Shown piece after piece: positions 49,815 to 60,500 of a stretch of 64,000 bases of DNA. The notes beneath the pieces are model-generated. The model was not told the origin of the DNA. It did no database searches and saw only the letters and a list, made by a program, of their open reading frames with translations. This DNA comes from Azolla caroliniana (Eukaryota > Plantae > Polypodiophyta): contig JBHGNT010000015.1 of NCBI GenBank assembly GCA_043228905.1, positions 16,864,001-16,928,000 of the forward strand, given 5' to 3'. The position numbers and the translations under genes are program-made. How positions within the stretch are numbered: position 1 is the first letter of the stretch; each line of letters begins with the position of its first letter.

Positions 49815-50406
49815 TGTCGTGACGATTTTCGGCTACGGTGTGAAACCGAGTGAGACGAATAAACCAAGGATGTGCAACATTGCACATACACTTAGCAAAT
49901 AAGCCTCCTAAGGCCTAGTGGCACTTGAGTTCATACATAGGGGTGCAAGCAAGGTTTGAACCTTGCACCTCTAAGATACAAGATAATTGCCTTACCACTA
50001 GGACAACTATCATATAGTTGAGATTTTATGTATTTACTTTTCATATATGAATTATAGATGAAACAACCATTAGAAAACCATGTGCACAAAACCATGGTTT
50101 TAGCCCATGGTTTTGTGCATGTCACAAGCATGGAAAGACCTATAAAAGCCTCTACTTGAGCTTGTGTAAGGGGGGCTCAATATGTGATATCACCAACACC
50201 ATTATCATCGATATAATTATATTTGTCTTTATCTTCTTCATATTTTTCTACTTCTCAAGTGCACAATCTTTCTTCTTCTCAAGTAAACCAATTTCATCTA
50301 ATCTTACATTGATCGTCATCTCTTCAATAATTCTGCAAACATCCTCCCCAGACCAAGACCCCGGTGGTCACTCAAGTAGCACACGCACGCGCGAATCTTT
50401 GCGACA
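49815..50406 (+). mobile_element. Solo LTR 'C' (592 bp), gypsy-A-related, inserted in the LTR of the non-autonomous element
   Basis: Termini TGTCG...CGACA; 4-bp TSD CCGG (49811-49814 / 50407-50410); TATA CCTATAAAAG at ~50139; absent from the partner LTR. Confidence 0.88.
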
Positions 50407-50550
50407 CCGGTCCCTCTGTTCACTACATAATTATAATCTACTTTACTTAATTAAAATATATTCTGAATAACAATCCCTTTCACATTCTGGTCTCTGCACC
50501 TTTGTCGGCCTGGTAACACACATGGTGAATGCAATGAACAAGGTTTTGCA

Positions 50551-51262
50551 AGACTACATCTGTTGGGTGACAGGTCCCTCCGGATGGGAAGGGAGAAGAT
50601 CAGTGCTGATGAACAAACTCGGCCTCGGCCGAATCCGGATGAGGAGTACCTGGCTACGGAGAGCCGGATGGTGAAGACCCGGTATGAACCGGATGAGGAG
50701 TACCCAGCTACGGAGAGCCGGATGGTGAAGACCCGGTATGAACCGGATGAGGAGTACTCAGCTACGGAGAGCCGGATGGTGAAGACCCGGTATGAACCGG
50801 ATGAAGAGACATATTCGTAAATATGTTTTTTCTGAGAGCCCATCGAGGCTATATTTGTAAATAGCCGAAAAGTCATATTAGTATAAATATGACTTAGGGC
50901 AAATGTGTGTTGTAGTTGTTGTCATCTCCTTGTTGGTGCAAGAAGAAGAGAGAGCACGTAACAGTGTACAGACAGAGAAAGAGAGAAAGAGGTCGTTGCC
51001 TCTGTTGTAACCGCCGCCTGTGGCGAAGATCTGTGAGCACGAGGTCGTTGCCTTAGTGAACTCACTATTGTACATTCTTACATAGTGACAGTTTGCAGCC
51101 TGTGGGCTGCCGTGGTTTTTCCCTTAGTTTGGGGTTTTCCACGTAAACTTCCTGTGTATCTTCCTCTTCTTTGTGTCGTGTTTTATTGCCCGTTTTTCTG
51201 TGTATCATTCTAAGCTCGGTTGTGGCCGAGCGTTGCGCATAAGGAGCCTTGAGTTCCCGTCA
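50551..51262 (+). mobile_element. Solo LTR 'D' copy 1 (712 bp) with 54-bp tandem repeats, in RT of gypsy A
   Basis: TG...CA termini; TSD ACATC (50546-50550 / 51263-51267); host frame rejoins as QDYIPDITMPFLDD. 54-bp units at 50635, 50689, 50743, 50797. TATA GTATAAATA at ~50881. Confidence 0.92.
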
Positions 51263-53940
51263 ACATCCCAGACATCACCATGCCCTTCTTGGATGACATC
51301 CCGATCAAGGGATGTCCGGAGGAAGCGAAGTATGAATTGATCGGGCCCGATGGATGCCGGAGGTTTGTCGCGGACCACATCTCCGACTACGAGAAGATAC
51401 TACAAAAAGGCTTGAGGGCGCTCGGCTTACCTTCTCCGGGGAGAAGTCGTCTTTCGGACAATCTGAGATCCTAGTAGTGGGGCCCCTATGCGGGCCATAT
51501 GGCCGGAAACCGTCTCCGGCGAAAGTAGAGGCCATCTCCGTGATGGAGGAATGCGGGTCAGTCACGGAAGTCCGGCAATTCCTAGGAGCGTGCGTCTTCT
51601 ACCACATTTGGATCCCACACTATGCGCACCTTGCCGAGCCGCTCTACGAGTTGTTGAAGAAGGGTCGGAAGTTCGAATGGGGCGCAAAGCACACAGAGGC
51701 GGTCCGAAAACTGAAGGAGAGGCTGACGACAACATCCACTCTCCAAAAAGCGGTATACAAGGCGGAAACTCTGGTTTACGTAACGGTGGATACGAGTCCG
51801 ACCGGAATCGGGTGGGTGGTTAATCAGGAAGACGAGGACGACACACGGTTCCCCATCCGGTTCGGTGCGAAGGTGCTGAGCGAGCAGCAACAAGGATGGG
51901 TCCGGATGCGGCATGGACGAAAGGCTTATCAGTTCTTTCTACGGAACGGTTAGCTATGGAAGCACTCGAAGAGATGGACCGACACTCCACTCTAGGTGGT
52001 GGCGAAGAAGGAAGAGCAATCGATGCTCGTCTCAAAGTTCCACGAGAGCCCCTAGTCTGGACACCGGGGCACATGGGCCACGTTGGAGAAACTAAAGGAT
52101 AAGTATTGGTGGCCAAGGATGTATCAAGACATGCACAAGTTCATAACGACGTGCGAGAGTTGCCAAGTCCATTCCGAAGTCCGGCATCGAGAAGAGTTGC
52201 ACCCGACTTACCCATCGGCCATTCATTTCAAATGGATGGTCGACCTGGTGACAATGCCGATAGGGGTGGGGTAGATGAGGTACTTGGTGCTCGCTAGAGA
52301 AGACCTGACAAACCAGGTGGAAGGCCAATCGTTTACGAACAAGACGACCGCAGTTGTATGCTGGTTCCTGATTGAGGATGTAATTTGCCGGTACGGGTGT
52401 GTGGGTAAGATCATGGTCGAACGAGAGGAGCTGGATGCACTAGAAGCTAAGGTGTTCTTTGACCGACTAGGGGTCAAACTTTCCCTCACCACGGCGTACA
52501 ATCCGGAAGCCAACGGGGAGGTTGAGCGCAGGCACAGGCCGATCATGAAGGCCATAGTACGAGCATGCGAGGGTCGAGTAGGAAACTAGCCAAGCTTCCT
52601 ACCTTACGTACTGTGGGCCGACCGAACTACGCACAGTTCGGTAATCGGGTACATGCCGGTGGAGCAGACGATCTCGTCATGGATTGCGGTCGATTGGACA
52701 GAGGAGATGAGCCGAGAGGAGCTGTTGACGGCGTGAATCCGACAGATCGAGCAAAGACTAGAAGATGTCGAGCGAGCGACAACGAGAACAGAGGATGCGA
52801 GGAAGAGGGACAAGGCCCGGTTTGACCAGACGCGACTCCGATCGAGGAAGATTGTGGAAGGCGACTAGGTGCTGGTTTACGATAGCAACCTTGACAGTCA
52901 GCACCGGTTGACTCGGAAATTCGCACGACAGTGGTTTGGGCCCTATGTGGTGACAAGCACAAACAACAATGCCATGTACCACCTGGCGGAGCTCGACGGG
53001 ATGAGGCTCACGGTTCCGGTCGCGGGTAAATGGATCAAGGCCTTTAAGAAGAGACATGAAGTGGAATTGAATCCAAAGACCGGGGAAGGTATCGTCGGGA
53101 GCGAGGAGTCAGATGGGGACCAGACCAACAACGGATCGGGAGAAGATGAGTAAAGGCTGGGCCGGAATCTCCACCACTATAGTACTTGGCACATGCCAGA
53201 GGATGTGCAGTTTGGTGGGGGTGGATGTCTTGAAGGATTCCGGCCATAAAGAGAAACAGAGCAAAGTGCGCGCGAATAGGTGTTTGCACCGATGCACACA
53301 AATCAAGTATTATGTACAGATATTATCATGATATGGCAAGATTCGAACCCATGACCTTATGTTACATAGGTCAAGCTCTTTACCATTAAACTATATATTG
53401 TAATACGAAAGATATTGTTTTCATTTAAGTTTTACTATAGAAAATTGATGTATATTTCAGATTTCTCTTGAACATTCTAGAAACTTCAGGAGTACTCCCG
53501 AGAACACGGAGGCACAAAGCATTATTTCGAACCAAATCGATTCAACGCCAGTCTTAAGCCTCCTAGCCATCCTTGTATATTCTTTCACATAATATATCGT
53601 TGTCATCATCATTTTATCTCTCTCTCTCTCTCTCTCTCTCTCCTTCTCTCGAGTGTTCTACACAATCTTTTCCTCTTAGTACTAATTTCCTCTCTATCTC
53701 AATATTATTCTTGATAGACATAATGTAAATAACATTAGGACTGGTAAGTATAGGTGGTAGGAATTAAAGGGAGATACTTTAAAGTCCCACACGCATAGAA
53801 ACGAATGAAAGAGGGGGGGGGGGATCTCTGACACCGATCACAATGTAATGGTCTCTCCTTGTGCTATAAAAGGGGAGGCTTGAGCCTATTTTAGGCATCC
53901 GGTTTTGGGAGGACGAACTGTTGTCGGTTTGTGGGCCGAG

Positions 53941-53976
<36 letters not shown>

Positions 53977-54252
53977 TGTGTACAATTAGGTAAGGAAGCC
54001 TATGCTCACGTAGGAAGCCCGTGAGCTCTCGACCAGAGGCTCTTGGATCTGTCTGTGAGCGTGTGTGTGCGAAGCGAAGGTGTGCTTCGAAGAATGCACG
54101 ACTCTGCTATTGGCTGAGTCTGGTTGTATTGTGCTTGCCTTAATCTATTCGTTTCCATAGTTTGGGTCGATCTCATCTCGTGTCGGGTTTCATCTCTATT
54201 TTTGTTTTTTCATATTTGTTTCCTTGCTCTACCCGTGAACTGCGTGATGCGG

Positions 54253-56228
54253 TGTCGTGATGTGGCGTGCTCGAGAGTGGGAAAACCCGGCGAAAGGGGA
54301 GGGGTCAAAATGTGCATGTGCAATGTGTGTGCACACAAATTAATTGCACACATGAAAAAGAAAAGGCAGAAGAAAGGGTGGAAAGGATGCATAGAAGCCC
54401 GTGTAAAAAGTAAGAGAGAGGAGAGATAAAAAGTAGAGGGGAGATAGGCTAAGAATTTATAGAGATAGAATCGTATATTATATAAGAGAGAGTTAATGGC
54501 TAGTGGATAGTCACATTGACTTCTAGCTAGAGGTGCACGGTTTAGATCTATTCTTACAATGTAGCGTCATTTAAGGAATTTTATTCCTTTTTGCATTAAA
54601 GACGAAATTGGCGACCTCCCTTCCTTTTTTTCCTATAAAAGGAGGTCGAGGGGGCTCATTTAGGAGGACGTTTGGGGAGGAGGAGACTATCGCCATTTTT
54701 CTTTCGGAGCTCTTCATCTTCTTATTCACCACTTCTCTTCATCTCATACCCCTTCATCCCCCCATCGCCACGTGTTTGTCTTCTTCGCGTCGGCACTCGA
54801 AGTGCTTGTGAGCCCAAGCTTCGTTGGTTCAACATTGCTCCACCCCGTTCGTCGTTGCGAGCCTGTGTGCTCGTCGTTCGGGTGGTCATGGTTCGTTGGG
54901 ATTGGCATTTTGGTGGTGCTCGTGTGTTCATCTTCGTCGTGTTCGGATTTGCTCTTGTCTCTAAGGGCATTTAGTATTTATGTTTTGATTGAGCTTGTGG
55001 TTAACTATAAGTTGCCATTGTAATCAAACCCTATTTTATAAAGGGTCCTCTTGTGTTGGAATCGAACACGTATTTATCTCTTTGGTCGATATCATTCGTG
55101 TTTCTTTCTTTGTTCGTGTCTTCCTTGTACATTCGACCGCTTGTGACGAGGGAGCGTTTCGGGCGTGCCCATGCACCTCTCCTCCTCATAAAGACGTACG
55201 AGCATTTGTGCGTCTATTTGTGTCTTCCTTGTACGTTCGACCGTCTTGTGACGAGGGACCGTTTCGGGCTTGCCCATGCACCTCTCCTCCTCATAAAGGT
55301 GTACGAGCATTTTGTGTGTGTGTTTGTGTCTTCCTTGTACGTTCGATCGTCTTGTGACGAGGGACCGTTTCGGGCTTGCCCATGCACCTCTCCTCCTCAT
55401 AAAGGCGTACAAGCATTTGTGTGTGTGTTTGTGTCTTCCTTGTACGTTCATCCATCTTGTGACGAGGGAGCATTTCGGGCATGTCCATGCACCTCTCCTC
55501 CTCATAAAGACGTACGAGCATTTGTGCGTGTGTTTGTGTCTTCCTTGTAGGTTCAGCCGTCTTGTGACGAGGGACCGTTTCGGGCTTGCCCATGCACCTC
55601 TCCTCATCATAAAGGCGTACGAGCATTTTGTGCGTGTGTTTGTATCTTCCTTGTACGTTCGGCTGTCTCGTGACGAGGGAGCGTTCGGGCTTGCCCATGC
55701 ACCTCTCCTCCTCATAAAGGCATACAAGCATTTTGTGTGTGTGTTTGTGTCTTCCTTGTACGTTTGGTCGTCTTGTGACGAGGGAGCGTTTCGGGCGTGC
55801 CCATGCACCTCTCCTCCTCATAAAGGCATACGAGCATTTGTGCGTGTGTTTTGTGTCTTCCTCGTACGTTCGACGTCTTATGACAAGGGAGCGTTCGGGC
55901 GTGCCCATGCACCTCTCCTCCTCATAAAGACGTACGGGCATTCGTGTTTGTGTTATCGTCCCCTTGTGGGTTCATCTTGCGTGCTCATCTTGCTTGTACT
56001 CGTTTGATCACTTGGCTCGTGCGGTGATCTCGAAAGGTCGATGAGTCATGATCAACGAGAGCCACCGGCCTCACAAAACAAAGGGCAACGAGACCTTGCT
56101 CGAGAAGGGGTCAGGAAGTAGTATTGTCGTAAAGCAAACCTCGGGTCTTCTCTATCCCTTGAGTACTCCCTAATCCAAGACCCCCATGGTCCCGCCCAAG
56201 TAACACACTCGTGCGAAACTTCGCGACA
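54253..56228 (+). mobile_element. Solo LTR 'B' (1976 bp), gypsy-A-related, inserted in the 3' LTR of gypsy A
   Basis: Termini TGTCG...CGACA; 4-bp TSD GCGG/ACGG; the host LTR is continuous across it when compared with the 5' LTR; TATA CCTATAAAAGG at ~54632. Confidence 0.88.
55116..55942. repeat. Tandem array, ~105 bp x 8, each unit an imperfect hairpin
   Basis: Units start GTGTCTTCCTTGTAC at 55116, 55220, 55326, 55431, 55536, 55642, 55747 and 55853. Confidence 0.95.
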
Positions 56229-56382
56229 ACGGTTTCTACTGCGAACCTATACATACATTGTCCCGGTTCTGGTAACCGACCAAACATGTCGTCACGGTTG
56301 CTCTTCCTACCCCTCTGACTCCTTGGTTCGAGACCCCCGTGGTCCTGCCTGTTTCAACACATACTCACGGAAAGCCTCGACA

Positions 56383-57558
56383 GTGTGCCGACCCACTTCG
56401 TCCTCCATGCCCACGCCTCTGTGTACAACATCTGGATGTCCGATTGAGTGGTCCTCGACCCACTCGCGTGGTTTTCTTCGACCATCAGCATCGATTGCAT
56501 GTCAAAGAAGGACGGTGGGTTCTCCCTGGTGCAAATTGTCGTCCGGATTGGCCCATACCATTGTGTTAGACCACTGAGACAGATCTGGGCCATCTTGTCT
56601 TCGTTCACCATCACGTTGATGAACCCGAGCGCATCACAAATCTCCTTGATATTGGCGGTGTAGTCGGTAACCGACATGTGCCGTTGCCGGATACTATTTA
56701 GCACTTGCCAGAGTTGCAATTTCCGAGTCGTGGTACTTGCGGTGAAAATCTTCCGGAGATTTTCCCAGGCCTCCTTCGGTGACTTTGCGTCTCTGATGTA
56801 GCCGAGCATCTAGTCGTGCACACAGGATGCGAGACAATACAACACTTTGCTCGCTCCTTGCTCCGATGCCGGGAAGTCCTTGTGTGTCGAATCCGACATT
56901 GCTACATTTGCTCCTTCCACGTAGCTCCAGTATCCATGCCCCAATAGGTACTAATGCATTTTATACGACCAAGACGCATAGTTCCTTTAGCCGAGCTTTT
57001 CTGTAGGAAACGAGCTCACCATGCTTCTGTCCATATCTTTTGTCTGTTCTTTAGTGATGATTAGGGTTTGTCCATTTCGAGTGGTTGTTGGTAGCAAAGG
57101 TTCTCAATCCTCGTGCTCTGATACCATGTAAAGAATTGCATGCGAAAGCTTGTAGACAAACCGGCTTAGACGGATAACAATAGTAAACGAAAATGAAGGT
57201 TTAATGGATGCTTATACACAATACGCGGGAGAGACAAAGAGAGAGAGTAGAACATAACCCAATTCAAAATGATAATACTCTATACATACAAATGTCCTAC
57301 ATAACACTTTTTATACAAGTCCTTAAAAGGACCAACCGAAGTATTGACATGTACTTTAATGCTCATACGAGCGACTGACACTAACTCCAAGGAATATGCC
57401 TACTTACTAGGCTAAGATTGTAGGCCTCTAATGGCCTACCGGTTACAATCCGATCTGGCTCTTGGTTCCGAATACCTATCCGGTTCTCCGTTTCGGATAC
57501 CGATCCTTCTTCGTCTTATTCAGTAGATCCGGATCCGGTTGAACTTATCCGCTCAACA
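56383..57558 (-). mobile_element. Ty1/copia element 2: 5' LTR + tRNA-iMet PBS + truncated gag
   Basis: LTR 57558-57127; PBS TGGTATCAGAGC 57126-57115; gag from 57034 (MDRSMVSSFPTEKLG*RNYASWSYKM...YIRDAKSPKEAWENLRKIF), cut off by the 3' LTR of gypsy A. Confidence 0.85.
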
Positions 57559-60500
57559 TATGCCAACAAACTCCCTCATAAAAGGGCTACTATTTCCTAT
57601 GTATACAAATAACTAGGTTATCTCCCCTGTGAACCTAGATTACAAATCTAATCTATAGTTACAAGTATGCATACAAGATTGTCGACATTCAACAGAACCA
57701 ACAAAGGTAAGGTTTGTGTCTAGCCTAATTCAACTTATCTTTTGGATTGTGTGTTGTCTAGGTCGACATGTCTTAGTCGGACTAATCGACTTGTTTAGAT
57801 CAATTTACCTCTGAGTGGACTCGTTTGCTCAAATTGACTCATGTTTGATTCTGACACTTGATCTGCTTCCCTCTTGTGCTAGCTCCCGAGCTCCTCACTG
57901 GATCTTCAATCTGTCTTTGGCTTTATTCGATTGTCGATCATTTTCTCTCTAGTCGACATCCTCGCCGAGTGTTGCATCTTCATCCTCTTTGTATTACGAC
58001 TCTTTGGATTTTTTCTTCTTGGTTCGTCCGACCAGGTTAGTCTTTGTCTTCCCTTCTATTGTTGTTCATTTAGATTCTTTCTGCTCGGTCGCTTGTCGTA
58101 GTCCCATCATTGTCCTGAAGCATTGATAGACTATATTTCGAATGAGGTGTTATGCGCTCTAAGAGTCGCAATAGATGGTTGATTCGTCTTGTCACCGAGA
58201 AGTTGGCTGATAATCGATGCAACCATATGGCTTCCTTCGTTGCCTATGATGTTCCAGGTTGTGCACTCTTGAAGCTTCAACCTCCATGATACGACGCCGC
58301 CGCCATAGGTGAAAAGATAGCTTGATGTCGACTTCTGATTATTCGTATTTACGGCATAGTCTGAGTCGGTATAGCCTTCGACTTTGGTAAGAGTAGCCAA
58401 TCTGAAAGTCAGTTGTGCATCCTTGGTTCCTCTCATACACCTAGAGATGTGCGCGACAACCTCCCAATGTTTCCGTCCTAGGTTCAACATGTACGCCACA
58501 TGCAAGGTCAGGTTGGGTCGCCACCATTGCGTACACGATACTTCTTATGGCCGATGCATAGGGTATCTTTCCATTAAGCTTACTCTCCTCATCTGTTGAA
58601 GGAGAGTCTCTCTCTGATAGTCTGATCGATGTCGGTAGCGGAGTCGATGCTAGCTTCGAGTTCTCTATGTTGAAGTGCTTCAACACCTTAATAATGTAGT
58701 CAGACTAGGAGAGTAAGAGAGTCTTTGTCATCCGATTTCGTTCGATCCCCATGCCCAATATTTATCGGGCTTGTCTAAGTTCCTTTATCACAAATTTGTC
58801 ATGAAGGCTCCTCTTTAGTTCTCTGATCTCTGACCCCTACACCATGGGCAACGTCGCGTTGCGTCGCCACCATTGCATACATGATACTTCTTATGGCTAA
58901 TCCATAGGGTATCTTTCCATTGAGCTTACTCTCCTCATCTATCGAAGGAGAGTCTTTCTCTGATAGTCTGATCGATGTCAATAGCGGAGTTGATCCTAGC
59001 TTTGCGTTCTCCATGTTGAAGCGTTTCAACACCTTATGAATGTAGTCAGATTGGGAGAGTCAGAGAGTCTTTGACGTTTGATTTCACTCGATCTTCATGC
59101 CCAGTATGTGTCGAGCTTGTCTGAGTTCCTTCATCACCTCCACTTTTGTTCTCTGATCTCTACTCAATTACTCCCTACAATGAGCATGTCATTGACGTAT
59201 AGGATTTGATAGATACGGGACTCGTCGGTCAATTGCTGAATATACATACATGGGTCGGAGTCGGACCAGCGGTAGCCGAGCTGCCAAATGTAGGTATCAC
59301 ATTTCTAATACCACATCCTCGGCGCATGTTTTTAGCCATAAAGGATTTTCTTCGGTCGACATATGCGGTGACCTTCCTCCCCCGTTGTCGTGAAGCCTAT
59401 CGGTTGAGACATATGGATATCTTCTTCCAAGTCTCCGTGTAGGAATGTCGTCTTGACATCCAGTTGCTCGAGCTCTCGGTCTATAGTTGCTACAACCCCA
59501 AGTAAGAGTCGACGGGTGGTCATCTTGATTAATGATGAGAATATCTCATCATAGTCGACCCCATGTTCTTGTTTGAATCCCTTTGCGATGAGCCAAGCTT
59601 TGTATTTGGGCTTCTCTGAATTAGATACATATTTTTATTGAAATGCCCATTTGTAGGGCAACGATTTCCTTCCGGTTGGTAGTTCAACCAACTCCCATAT
59701 CGTGTTCGTATGTATTGAGTCCATCTCGGATCTCATGGCTTGTAGCGATGTGTTGGCGTCTGACATGTCTATAGCTTCCTTATAGGAGCTTGGTTTGCAT
59801 ACATTAGTGTAATTGGCATAGTCAAGGCCTGGTTGGAAGAATTTTGTTGGTCTTCGAACTTGTCCAGATCTCCTGGGTGTTGAGTTGATTGGTTCAGATC
59901 CTTTTATCATCAATGTTGGCTGATCGGCATTACTTGAACCTTCTTCAGGAGTCCTTTTGGATGTCTCGCCCCTGCAATAGGATTTCAACGATGTCAAATC
60001 ATCCTCCCCTTCTTCTAGATCGATTGAAAAAGGATTCAAGGACTTGGCCGAGTTGATTCAGCTTTTCGTCCCCTTAGACTTATTGGGGTTGATGGTCGGA
60101 TTGACTCTGTCTCTTTCGACCCAACACTTCTCGACTTTGCCTTTTTCGACTTTGGTTGATTTGGCTTTGCCTTGGTTGGCCAATTCGGCTCTTCTCAATC
60201 TTTTAGTCGAATCGATTTCGATTTCGACCAATGGACCTCTTGCCGATTCGGATTCGGCAGGGGGGTCGTTGGCTCAGTCGATTTCAACCATTTGTCGAAT
60301 CTCCGATCCTTATATGGCATCTCTGTCAATGTCAAAGGAAACCTTTTTCCCGATTTTCAGCTGAATTGGGTTGGAGTGTATTGAGTCTTCATTGAAGACT
60401 ACGTCACTACTCTAGATCAATTTCCGGTTCTCTGGGTCCCATTGGCGATTGCCAAAGTTCCCATTAGTCCCATAACTAAGAAATATACACTTAAGTGCAT

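Larger units (their letters stand above)
45511..50518 (-). mobile_element. Non-autonomous LTR retroelement (Tat/Ogre-like, tRNA-Arg PBS) nested in RT of gypsy A
   Basis: TSD CACAT (45506-45510 / 50519-50523); host RT frame rejoins as NSVAHMVNAMNKVL. LTRs 45511-45945 and 49484-50518 (TGTTA...TAACA; the right one carries a 592-bp insert). Minus-strand TATA CTATATAAAG in the LTR. PBS 49476-49456. Gag relic with two Zn knuckles (CTTCMNARHSALEC, CLLgHSRSHTMERC) at ~49300-49200. No protease, RT, RNase H or integrase. Confidence 0.92.
42186..56382 (+). mobile_element. Ty3/gypsy LTR retrotransposon 'A' (degenerate; interrupted by three direct insertions plus one sub-nested)
   Basis: 5' LTR 42186-42860 (5'-truncated). 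PBS 42865-42880. Gag from 42906 with Zn-knuckle CMWCDVVGHVQRDC; protease LIDHGSEINLM; RT PSSAPYSNRWFTVPKKNGTLRFIQD...PQGGTNSVAHM...PFLDDIPIKG; RNase H VDTSPTGIG; integrase YWWPRM...CESCQ, AYNPEANGEVER, GPY motif WFGPY; stop 53153. PPT 53214-53225. 3' LTR 53226-54252 plus 56229-56382, ending CGACA. Confidence 0.93.

Noticed and set aside
50563-50820. ORF with PDEEYPATESRMVKTRYE repeats
   Set aside because: It results from a 54-bp LTR repeat; the homologous solo LTR at 62472 has in-frame stops.
55116-55942. 105-bp array as a CRISPR array, hammerhead ribozyme/retrozyme or protein-coding repeat
   Set aside because: There are no unique spacers. The minus strand has CGAAAC..GTC but no CUGANGA core. 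The overlapping ORFs on both strands are repeat artefacts.
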